NCBI RefSeq assembly: GCF_036321535.1
Contig: NC_087436.1
Span: forward strand, 33,668,001-33,732,000
Source: Camelus dromedarius
Lineage: Eukaryota
Reading direction: 5' to 3'
DNA length: 64,000 bases
Both the position numbers and the translations under genes were made by a program. Below are positions 28,021-39,966 of this stretch, piece after piece. The notes beneath the pieces are model-generated. The model saw only the letters and a program-made list of their open reading frames with translations, was not told the origin of the DNA and made no database searches. Position 1 is the first letter of the stretch. Every line of letters starts with the position of its first letter.

Positions 28021-28151
28021 ATAGATGGAAGTTTTATTTTGAAAATTTGTTTTCTAAAATCCTCTGTGTCACAGTGTACTCTATTAATTAAATCTTATGC
28101 AGTCTGAGAAGTCTGGAGCTGTTTAACAGAGGTAATTCCAGTAATGTACTT

Positions 28152-28287
28152 TTTTTATCCTTTTTCTTTTTTTTTTTTTTTTTTTGATGGGGGGAGGTAA
28201 TTAGGTTTTGTTTATTCTTAGAGGAGGTACAGGACCTCGTGCATGCTAATCATGCACTCTACCACTTGAGCTATACCTTCCCCCTCA
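28152..28287 (-). mobile_element. tRNA-derived SINE (camelid Vic-1-like), B-box arm missing
   Basis: Minus strand reads GGGGGAAGGTATAGCTCAAGTGGTAGAGTGCATGATTAGCATGCACGAGGTCCTG-TACCTCC...poly(A). A-box TAGCTCAAGTGG. Perfect 14-bp TSD CCAGTAATGTACTT (28138-28151, 28288-28301). Confidence 0.9.
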
Positions 28288-30850
28288 CCAGTAATGTACT
28301 TAAATAAGGTGGAAGCCTTAAGGTCAAAATGTGCATTTTCATTTTTCAAAAATTTTCCATCAACCCTAAGTATAGAGAAACTCACATAGCAAAGTTCTAC
28401 AAAAGGTCTTTGCAATAAAGAAAGGCTGTAGGAATATGCAAAAGAGATTCTTCCACTAAATGGAATCAGGAGAAACTTAAAATTAAACTTTCCATTTAAC
28501 AAGAACAATGTAACTGAAGACATGGTTTCAAAAATCTATTAAGTCACTTTGGAAAAAGGCAGTAAACACAGCTTCTGGAGACTAGAGAATTCCATTTGGC
28601 AATCTATACAATTAATGATAGTATTTCCATCAAGTTACCTTGTACCCTGTTCTACATCCTTTCTTACAAAATATGATTTACACAAAATTGTTCTGCTTAC
28701 TCCTAAACGTATGGTTGAAAAAATTTGCTGTAAAAAATAAATTCTCTTACCTACAGCAATTTATGTTGAAAGAAGTCATTTATGTCAGCATCACTTAAAA
28801 TGCAATCTTAAAAATTGTTCATTGAAGTGAGGTTCATTACAGTAATGTTACTATATTAGGAACTTCAAAAAAATCAGAAAGAAAATGATGGATAAATGGT
28901 TTGTCAAACACTGCACTATTCTTAATTATAAAAATGGCAAGATGTACTATTAATGTATTACTATTCCTTTTTTGTTTCCTTTTTTAATGGTGAGAAGAAT
29001 TGATGATTCATATAGGAAGTTAGCATTTCCTGTGTGACATTTTTAATCAGGTCACCTGGATTATGGTATGGGCATTTTTTTTTTTCCTGTAAAGCAGAAT
29101 CTGATTGTCCTAGCAATCCATTTTCACCAGAGGTTGTATAAATAATCTGTCAACTCACAACTAGATGACTTTCAGTAACACTAATGATATTTAAACTTGT
29201 CTTCATTTGATCATAAAATATTGTTAGGTGGCAAATATTTTAAATGCTTGTTGCCTTGCCTGTGGCCTGAGTGAAACATCCCAGTATATTATTTATATAT
29301 ATTGCTTACTGTAAAACTTACTTTCATGTGGTAAAAAGCTTTACTTAATAGTAATTGTTTGCAAATGAAAATGCATTTTTCGAAAGTTCCATTTTTGGCA
29401 CTCAAGTGTCATTTCTATGTGATCTAAAAAAGAGTCTACTATGTTGACTTGGCAAAACATGAAGATATTAATGGTTGGACTTCACAAGAGAGCTTTGAAA
29501 TTTTATGAAGGCCAACATATGGTGACATATTTTCATTTACAATGTGAGCGGCGTATGGATATTAACTATAAAAGTAGTTATTTTATTTAAATCTAGATCA
29601 CCTTTTTCCCTGCAATAAGACCACAGGCAAGAAAATAAACCATGAATGTAAGCATTAGATCTTACATACAAGTAAGAACTAAATGTGATATTCAACTATG
29701 GTTGATTATGTTAAAGTACGTAAATGGATTAAAAAAAAAACCTGCCAGGGAATGAAATAATTATCCTGCATTTTAATGAAATTATTTTTCCTATTTTCAA
29801 TTAAAGTTCACATATATTCCATAACATTACTATTGATGTCTAATTTAAGAGCAAATACATATAGTCATTGTCTATGGTTCTGATGTCCTTTGAAATCATG
29901 TAAATACTTTATTTATGCAATAGTACTTTTGTAAATTAATGTTCTAATGGGAAACAACTTCTGTCTTATAGGGTTATTGGATATCATGGAATATTAAATG
30001 TCTGTATATATTAGAAGGTTCTTTTCTATTTAATGATATGTTATCTATGTTCTTACATAATTTTTATTAGTAGTCATACAAACTATATTCTTCATTATTG
30101 TACACAATTTCTTTTCATATTTTTATTCAGTCCAAATATAAGTACTAAGTTCAAAGAACTAGCTCATTAATAATGAACCACTGATACTTGATTTCTCATG
30201 CTACATGATTCACTTTTACATTTATTAATTTAATTAAAATTTAATTTAACTTAATTTAATTAAAAAACAGAAGAGTGAAAAGGATTGGTTTTCTCATAAA
30301 TGTCACTGCACTAAAACAGGCAAAAATATTGATAATAGTACCCATTATTATCTTATCCTGCAGTATTACTTTCTGATGAGGACTCAGTGATTTTTCTAGT
30401 GTAAATTTAGCCTTCATAGAATTTGGGGTATTTGACTGCATCCAAGAAAAGCAACTAAATACCAAGATCTTTTATACATTGAGCCAAAGATAAGAAATAC
30501 ACACATATGTGGTATCAAGTCAACACCTTATTAGATCTTTGCCTTCATTACCAATGCTGTATCCATCATATGGAGAGTTGAGTTGAAATTCCCAGATGCT
30601 ATATATTTATTTAAACACACAAGTGTGGTCAATAAAATAATCTGTGAGGTGAGGTAATCTAGGAAGGTTTCTTGGAAGAGGTAGATTGGCCATGAAAAAG
30701 AAAACAAATGGATAATATTTATGGATATTAATACATCAGTTATTCTTCAGAACTACATAAATTGATACTATTTAAAGACGAAGAAAATGAGACATAGTGA
30801 AGTTTCATAATTTGACCAAAATAATAGTTTTTGTCTAAGTCGTAAGTTTT

Positions 30851-31030
30851 TGTCTTAGTGAATTTGGACTGCTATAACAAACTACTAGACTAAACACTAG
30901 AAACTTTTTCTCACAGTTCTGGATACTGGGAAGTCCAAAATCAAAGATCAACAGATTCAGTGTCTGGTTAAGGCCTGCTTCCTGGTTCATAGACAGTTGT
31001 CTTCTTGCTCTGTCCTCATATGTGGAACGT
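30851..31030 (-). mobile_element. MaLR LTR fragment (MLT1A-like)
   Basis: TGTCTTAGT...GCTATAACAAA...TCTCACAGTTCTGGATACTGGGAAGTCCAAAATCAA...GATTCAGTGTCTGG is the antisense MLT1/MST LTR end. Confidence 0.85.
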
Positions 31031-31157
31031 AGTGAGGGAGGTCGTGATTGACCAAAAATGCTACATAACCCAACCAGTAGATATTCATTTGACATCTATG
31101 TAACAAAGTAGTGTCCATAGTTACCTAAGATATGAAGATGATGATGACTGATGATGA

Positions 31158-31350
31158 AGATAGCAAATACTTACTGAGTGACTGCTATGTGATAAATCCA
31201 GATTATTAAGTAAAGCATCTTGTTTAATCCTCACAACAACTCTATGAAGTAAGAAGAATGATACTGAAACAGAAATCAACTGAGTTGCCCATGACCACAG
31301 GCTAGTAAATGGTGTAAATTTCGTTTTAACTCAGGCACAGTTCTCTACTA
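31158..31350 (-). mobile_element. MIR SINE
   Basis: TTTAATCCTCACAACAACTCTATGAAGTA...TTGCCCATGACCACAGGCTAGTAAATGG. Confidence 0.8.
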
Positions 31351-31529
31351 GATTCTAGATGGAGACACAAGAAATAAATACATAAATTAAATAAAAATAT
31401 ATAAGTCATTTAAATTCTTTGAGAGAGAGAGAGCCTACTACTGATTGTGTCAGAAACATAAGGCAATCCATGAACATATGTCCCCCTACCCTCTGGGGGC
31501 AATCTGTGATAAATGGAACTCCAGAGACA

Positions 31530-31685
31530 GGAGAAGGGCATGGCAGGTTCTTACCCTGGAAAAGCATGACTGAAATTAAACAGATGCCTTCTGACTTCTG
31601 TTCACATTTCACTGCCCAGAAATTATTCTGTGCAAACAACTGCCTTCAAGGGAGGTGGCAAATGAAGTCTTTATTCTGGGAGACC
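31530..31685. mobile_element. Ancient LTR fragment (ERVL/MaLR class, family uncertain)
   Basis: ACTTCTGTTCACATTTCACTGCCCAGAA...CAAGGGAGGTGGCAAATGAAGTCTTTATTCTGGG resembles old ERVL-class LTR motifs. Confidence 0.45.
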
Positions 31686-32229
31686 ATTTGACAAGTTTAA
31701 AATCATATTTTCCTTGAAATATAAGAATTGCATATGGCATGAAATCAGCAATCCCCACCACAACATCTGAATATACAGATTGCCAATCATAAAATTCTGT
31801 ATTTATGAAAAGAAAAATATTTTATAAAATCAAGTTCTTATCAAATTAGGAGAAATAGTTTGTCTATAATATGTGCCATGTTTTTATATATAATATGTAC
31901 CATACTTCATTTATTACAAGTTGAGCTTTGTGAACTGACTGGTCATTGTGTCCATTCAAATGAATAGCCAGGAACAATCAGTAGGAATCATTAATATTTG
32001 TAAATTTCACTTGACTGAGCAGAGATGCTAAACACATCTTCAGTGTCACATAGCTAGTACAAAAGGAACTGTAAAATCAATATAAGTTTGAATGACTCTA
32101 GAGTTTTGCCATTAAACATTACACCTCTCAACAAGATGGCAACAATAAACACAGGAGAAATAATTTTGAGGGATCTATGGATAAATTTGTTAAGCTAGAA
32201 TAAAATTTTTACAGAAAATTCCTGTTTTC

Positions 32230-33858
32230 AAAAAATATTACAAAATTATAGTAATTTTTAAAAGTATGTTACCACCATAAAGATAGCAATTTAGACCAAT
32301 GGAATAGAATATACAGCTCAGAAATAGGCAAACACATCAAGCGTCAACTGATCTTTAACAAAGATGCCAAGAACACACAATGGGGAAAGGGCAGTCTCTT
32401 CAATAAATGATGATGCTGGGAAAACTGGAAAGCCAAATGATAAAGAATTAAACTGAACCCCTACCCTACACCATATACAAAAGTGAATTCAAAATGGATC
32501 AAAGACATAAACAAAAGACATGAAACTGTTAAACTCTTAGAAGATAACATGGGGGAAAAACTTCTTAACACTGGCTCTGGCAATAATTTATTGAACATGA
32601 CACCAAAAGCACACACAACAAAGCAGAAATAGGAAATGTGACTATATCAAACTAAAAACTTCTGCAAAGCAAAAAACAGAATGTTAAGGCAGCTTCTGAA
32701 TGGGAGAAAATATTTGCAAACTATTTATCTGTTAAGTGGTTACTATCCAAAATATATAAGAACTCATATCTCAGTAGCAAAAACAAACAAAAGAAAACAA
32801 AACAAACACACACACACACACACCCTAAATAACCCAATAACAGAATGGGCTAAGGATTTGAATAGATACTTCTCCAAAGACACACAGATAGCCAACAGGT
32901 AAATGAAAAGGTGCTCAATATCACTAATCATCAAATTGAAAATCAAAACCAAATGAGATATCACCCTATACCTGTCAAGATTTTTTTTTTTAAAAGAGAG
33001 AAAAAGACAAAAACTGTTGTGGTGAAGATGTGGAGAAATTGGACCCCTTATATATTGCTGGGAATGTAAAATGGTGCAGCTGCAGTATCTCCAAATATTA
33101 AAAATAGATCTACCACATGATTCAGTATTCCCACTTCTGGGTAAATATTCAAAAGGATTGAAATCAGGATCTGAAAGAGATATCTGCACTCCATATTCAC
33201 TGCAGCATTATTTACAAAAGCCAAGATTTGGAAAAAAAAAAAACAAAAACCTAACTGTCCACTGACTGATGAATGGATAAAGAAAATTGTAGTATATTTA
33301 TAAAATATTATTCATCCTTTAAAAAGGAAATCTTTGAAACAACATGGATGAACCTGAAGATGTTATACTAACTGAAACAAAGTCAGTACAAGAAGGATAA
33401 ACACTGCGTCCAACTTATGGAAACACTAAGTAAAATGGTGATTTCCTAGGTGGAAAGAGGAAATTGAGAGTTGTTCAATGAGTTCAGGTTTTAACAGGTA
33501 TAAAGTTTAAACTATGCAAGGTGAACAAGTCCTAGTTCTATGGTAAAACATAGTACGTACAGCTAACAATTCAGTATTGCACACTTAAAAACTTGTTAAG
33601 AAGGTGGAACTCAGGTTAAGTGTTCTTACCACCAATAAAGCAAAAACAAAAACAAATAAGTAAACACTAAATCAAAAAGGCAACAGAAAACTTATTGAGC
33701 TGATGTACATGTTTATTACCTTGTTTGTGGTTATGATCTCATGGATGTATGCATTTCTCCAAAATTATCCAACTGAATGAAGTAAGTATGTCCAGGGTTT
33801 TTTTTTTGTTTTTTTGTTTTTTTTTTTTGTATTATCAGTTATACTTCAATCAACAAAA
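32230..33858 (+). mobile_element. 5'-truncated LINE-1 (ORF2 3' half + 3'UTR)
   Basis: AGACCAATGGAATAGAATA, TCTCTTCAATAAATGATGATGCTGGGAAAACTGG, peptides NNPITEWAKDLNRYFSK and LKIDLPHDSVFPLLGKY. Ends GTTATACTTCAATCAACAAAA. Confidence 0.93.
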
Positions 33859-35549
33859 GAACACAGGGAAAATATTTAGAGAAAAGAGGACTAATAAATT
33901 TCATATTTGGTAATATCACCTCATTACGGCACATTTACAGTTTACTGTGGCCATTGGTAACAGTAGGATTAAATCCAGACTCTGACATAGTAGTCAGTAT
34001 CTTCATTCAATCAACCTTACCTACTACTAAATCAAGTGTACATTTATCCTGTCAGTACTCTACTTCATCAAGAATATTTTCTTATTTTTTCCTCAGTGTG
34101 CTAAACTCACATTTTCCACTCATTTGTAACTGCTATGCATATGAATCCTTTCTTTTCTATTAATACAATTTAGGGACCACAGTCTCTTCATTTGACAATT
34201 TAACAAAATGCCTGTTATAAACATCCATTAATCATTTGTTTAAAAAAATTACAAGATTCTTGTATTCCATTCCCCATGAATTTCAACATCAGAGTGATAT
34301 ACTATTTATTCTGAATTCTCTTCAAATTTATATTGGTTGTCTTAATCACATAAAGAGCCTTAGAATTTACCATAATGCTAGAGACTAGCAGCTAGGCGTC
34401 AGGAAAGCTAGTGTAGAAATTGACAGATTAGAGTTGGAAAGAATTTGGCAGCCTTGTCTAAAACTTACTGGCTACATGTTTGTAATACTTAATTAAGTAT
34501 AGAAAACTACCAATGCTACTGTGGAGCATGATTTTGTAAACAAAGAACCCCAAAGGGACTTTCTAGGAAAACTTAAAAAGGTTAAAAAAAAAAAAACAAA
34601 ACTGAACTAAGGTCCTTAGTTTTTAGTCTCAGATCTTGTATAAAATCTCTGAGGACTAGACATATTAGATGCCCAATACTGGCTGATTAAGGAGTGTTTG
34701 TTGTCCATACATTATAATTCTTGGATTATTAAGTGCTGTCATATCTTCCACTAAATTATAACTCTTTCAGTGGCAGGGTCTACATTTTTTATTCATATTT
34801 TTCATAGTCTTTCCACAGAACTAGTTAATTTATCTTAACAGCATAGCCTACAGTTATAAACTATCAATGTTTTCTGAATATCCTTTAACCAGAAGGAAAT
34901 TCCCCAATTATACAAAGCACAAATGCAGTCCCTAATTATACAAAGCACAAATACATATCACCAATTAAATGAGAAATCACCAACTGAATGAAAGGAGGTA
35001 AAATTTAAAAATTTATTCCTCCATAATTCAACAAGACTGAGAACAGAGGAAGGGTGATTTCAGACGCTGTCTAGTGCTCTAAACATGCAAATCATTTCAC
35101 TGCCAAATGAAGAGATACGTATCTATGGAGAGCAGAGGATCTCTAGAAGTAATCTGTAATCTCTAGAAGTATGGAAAGTTTCAGCAGTCATTCACCCATG
35201 TAAGTTAGTCTTTGTTCCAAAAATTTTGGCATATTAATCTCGCTCCATTTTACTCTTTGGTAGGTAGCTTTAGAAATGTTTCTTCTTCTGTCCTCTACAG
35301 TCAGCAAATAAGACTTGACTCTATATTCTACCAGTTAGTTTCTAACCAATTTATGAGAAGTCCTCGGCTTATCATTTCATTAATTTTGTTCCACCAACGT
35401 GACTTGGTCTTGACCATCACATCTCATCTTTTTTTTTTTTTTAGTAAAGATCCTCTCAGATAATAACACTACTATGAAATATGTTCTTCTGTCAATCAGG
35501 CCATCTAAAATGTCCTTGATAATAAAATTGCTGTTATTAAATCTAATAG

Positions 35550-36852
35550 AAGCATCAAACTTCGATATAAAATACTACACAATAGTATTAAGAAAAAATT
35601 TTAAAACAATCTAAATGAGGGATATGCCATGCATTCAAAATAATCTGGAGATGCAATATTATAATGATAATTCTTCCCTGACTGATTTTATAGATTCAAT
35701 GTAATTACAATCAATATATCAAAAGGTCTTTTTGTGGAAATTGGCAGAACCTATCTAAATTTATATGGACATGCAAAGATTTAATAGCCAAGGCACTACT
35801 AAAGAACAATTGTGAAGTGAAAGGATTTGGTATGTTAGACAACACAATTGTATGAATCCACAAGAATATTCAAATATTTCAACAAGCCACATATGTGTAA
35901 AATTGATTTGTGACAAAAATGTCACTGCAAAGCACCAGGGAAAAGGTACTTTCAATAAATGATGCTCAGTCAATTGGATATGCAAATGGAGAACAAACAA
36001 GCAAACACATCACACATATCCACACACACACAAACTTATCAAGGGAGAAGATATTTAAAGAACTCACTGTACATCATTTCACTAAAAGTGCATCCAACTG
36101 GCCACTAAACTAAACACATGAAAACTTGCCCAACATCATTACTCATCATGAAAAGGCACAATAACATGTTTATATCCCCTCAGGAATAGAAAATTATAAA
36201 AACAATACCAGTGATGGTATGAATGTGGTGTGGAGCAACAGGCGTTTTTATATAGTATAGGAAAGAAAAAATTGGTACATTCCCTCCAGCAAAGTGTTTG
36301 ACATGTTCTACTAAGCTAAACATAGTCACAGTGTGAAGCAAGAAATCTCACCAGTAAGTGCATAATAACAGAAATGCATACACGTGTAAAACCAAAATAC
36401 ATGCAGAATACCCACAGTACTATTTAAGAGCAGATAATGGTAACTATCCAAAATTTCATAATAGAAGAATAGGAAAAGAGCAGAGAAATAGTCATCAAAT
36501 GTTAATACTACAGAGCAATGGCGATGAATTCATTACAGCTGTACACGAGAGCATAGCTGAGTATCATAATCATAATATTGAGAGAAAGGATAGACACTTA
36601 AGTAGACATTTTGGGTGATTCCAATTATATTAATTCCAAAAACAACCAAATTATCAAAGGCAGGATAGCAATTTACTTTGGGAAGCAATGAGGTTATTGA
36701 CTGGGAGGTGGCACAAATGAAGCTATTTCTTGACACGGCTTTGGTCAAAAAGATCTCTGCTTTGTAATAATTCACTGAGCTGTGTATTTATGATTTGTGT
36801 GATTTTTTTTCTACGTGGTTAACTGTACAAAACTCTGCTGGAAAAAAAAAAA
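35550..36852 (+). mobile_element. Old LINE-1 (L1ME-like) fragments
   Basis: TATAGATTCAATGTAATTACAATCAA, CTTTCAATAAATGATGCT and a 3'UTR-like TAATAATTCACTGAGCTGTGTATTTATGATTTGTG. Confidence 0.7.
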
Positions 36853-37674
36853 CATGAACACAATCATGTTTGACTGATTTTACTCTAAAATCAGGATCCT
36901 GAATTTTTAAGTAGAACATGAATTCTGCCAGGTGGTTATATTTACCTTTTCCCCTTTGATTAGGAGAAATGGTTTTCCTTCTGGGTTTTACATCTTGAAT
37001 TGTCTTAATCTTAGAAAAGTATAAAACAATGTATTCTGATGAAAATACAGGGTTTGATATGAAACAAACTTTGGAGGAAAGGTTTAGAATCCTTGATGTG
37101 GGATTCAGAATAGAATTTCTTTTGGAGATAAACTATAGCAAAGGCATTAATTCAGTTTAACATGCTTCCTAGCCTAATTTCTAAGTGGTTGCAGGTGACA
37201 TTTTTAGAGTATAGGCAAACTAAACTCCTTAATGGAAAATGTCCATTTCTTTCCTTATCCTTCGCTCTCTCATTCTGTTCATCCCAGGATGAGTATGAGA
37301 TTTCTCTTTCATCTTCAAGCTGAATTTGTGCTTGATGTGTGTTAACACGTCCAATAATGTGTTCATGTTTCTGGAGCTCTCTAAGCCTTTTCATGAGGAT
37401 AATCAAGTTTTCTGTATCATCTTCGATTTGACTGAAGCATATTCCTTTCTGAATGTTAAACCTAGTTCTTCCATTTAATGGAGGTCAGATTTTTCACTAT
37501 TTTTTCTCTAAACACGTCTATCCTAACAGTTGTCTCCCTAGGGACCCTTATTGGCTTTATAATCAGAACACTTTCCTCTGAGCACACATCTGTGTCTTCA
37601 TTTTAAAAGGCCGTATACAGAAGCAAATGGCCATATACAAAAGCAGTATGATGCTAGGTTTTAAAAAAAGGAAA

Positions 37675-37958
37675 ATGTTGGTTAAATTCAATGTAGCATT
37701 CTGTGTTGGATCCTGGAACAGTAAAAATTCATTAGCAGGAAAGTGAGTGAAATCTGAGTAAGGTCTGTAGTTCAGTTAATAGTACTGCACCACTGCTAAT
37801 CTCTTATTTTTAACAAGTGTACCATGATTAGATAAAGATGCTAACTTTAGATGAAGATGGGTAAAGGTCTGCAGGACAGATGCTCTGTACTGTCTTTGGA
37901 AGTATTTTGTAAATCTAAACCCATTCCAAAGTAAAGAGCTTAAAAAAGAAAACAAAAA
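37675..37958 (+). mobile_element. L1MC-like 3' end
   Basis: TTGGATCCTGGAACAG...GAAATCTGAGTAAGGTCTGTAGTTCAGTTAATAGTA...CTCTGTACTGTCTTTG...TGTAAATCTAAA + A-rich tail. Confidence 0.8.
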
Positions 37959-39966
37959 AACCAAGGGGGGCTGTAAATCAAACAGCCTGTATCTTGTAAT
38001 AACAATTAAAAAAAAAAAAGATTTAAAAATAAATAGAAAGAAAATTGGAAAGAAATATAGGTTACCAGATGAGGTAGAACGTTTTTTGTTTATTTTTTCT
38101 ATATTTTCCTTATGTTCTATCATGAGCTTGTAACAGTTATTAAATAAAAACACAAACAGTAACATGTGCAAATGCATAAACACACATATCCCCAAATCCA
38201 CATAACTTACTAGATTAATCTCAGAATTAGTATTTCTGAGCTAAGGGATCATTTTCAAAGCAGCTAATTGGCACAGTTCAGCTTGTCCTGGCTCATACCA
38301 CCGTCTCAGTTTCCTCTCTCCAAACTCTTGCTGAATCTTTCCCAAGCAAGTATTCTTAGGAGTGCTAAACATTCCATTTTAATATCCAACTACCTGAAAC
38401 TTTAATAAAAATGACAAACATACAGAACACACATAGCGTTGTATTTTAATAGGACCAGTCTTAATTCTTCCATTAAGGATACAACCATACACTCAATGTA
38501 GTAGAATCTCGTATTTATGTGTTAACACTTATTTTTCTCTAAAGAAGAGTCTTTCCTAAAATCAGAATATAGTTACACCTTGCTTTCTCTACCAGGAATA
38601 TAATTGCCACAAATTACTCACAGCATTAGTATAAAAATCTTATCTTTCTCACTGGTCTAGTCAAGGAATCAACTTAAGATTAGTTATTACAAAGAACATG
38701 CAAAAATTTGTCCACAGATATAAACATTTATATGTCTTTGATAAGTAGATTTTTAAAACTAACTTTTTAATTACAAGTCAAAAATTCTGCTCAGAAAAAC
38801 ATTTCTTGATTTTTGTAATGGAAAATAATCTAAGGAAACCAAAGTATTTTTCTATGTAATAAGAAACAATTTCTTCTTGAAGAGAGTGTTCTCTGGTTCA
38901 GGCCACTTAACTTAGACAAAACAGCCTGTTACTTCATTTTGTACTTTCTAAATAATTTGTGTTTTTTAAAGGATGACTTTGAGGATTCAGTTATATTTAC
39001 TTTTCCTTTCCAGACATACTAGCAATATGTTCATCACCTGAAGACATTATACAGAAAACTGTCAGAGTAGTACTTGTTTTTTTCCACTTTATTTTGTTTC
39101 ATATCCACACAGATCTACAGGCTTTTGTTTCAGACATTTCTACCTATCACTCTCTAAAGATAAGTTCCTTTTAAGCCAGGGAAATGAAGAAACTCAAACA
39201 CTGTTTTGGAAATTAGATTAGGAAAGAAGAAACAACTAGAACCCAAGTTACTGTTTGTTTTAATAACTAGCGTAAAACATGAGTATATATTCCTTTGAAG
39301 TAGTTTGTGTAGAGAAACATTAAATATTTTATCATGAAGGCAATGTAACCACATATTGACCTCATTCTTTGGCTACATTCATAGCTGTGTCTACATATAT
39401 CCAAAACACTTTGTTTGATTTGTTTCATGGATTTATGGTTTTAAACAACCCCATTGTTTCAGTAGTACACGTAACTTATGTCACAGTTACTGTAAACATC
39501 CTTTTGGCAAAGACTAAATTGTTGCATATGGTTGTAGGTGGTAATGTCTAATAAAAGATCTTGATCTTGCTAGTAGAAACTTTTGATCCAATCTTTTACT
39601 TGGAATGATCTAAGGCACTCTACTAAAGCAAAAGTCTTGTTCAAATACTGCTTTGAGACCATTAACAGAGCTAAGGGGCCCAAACGAGTATCTGATGTTT
39701 AACCTGAAATTTTCTGTACCGACCTCTCCAAGTTCTCCATATTACTCTGTATAAGGCTCTTAATTTTCAGGCAGAATATTTATGAATTAAAGTGATAAGC
39801 ATAAGTACACGATGTTAAAGAGAAAGCTCACTTTTACAATAAGACACCGGTATTTTAAAATCAAGTTTGTTGTATCAAGTAGAAGCAAGTTAAAACAAAA
39901 CCTGAAAGCATGGCCAAGTTGGTCTTAGAAGAAGTTGGTGTAAATCTCACCAAGAATATGGTTTCA

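Noticed and set aside
28230..28285. tRNA-Ala-like sequence
   Set aside because: Lacks the T-arm and has a poly(A) tail and TSD, so it is a SINE rather than a tRNA gene.
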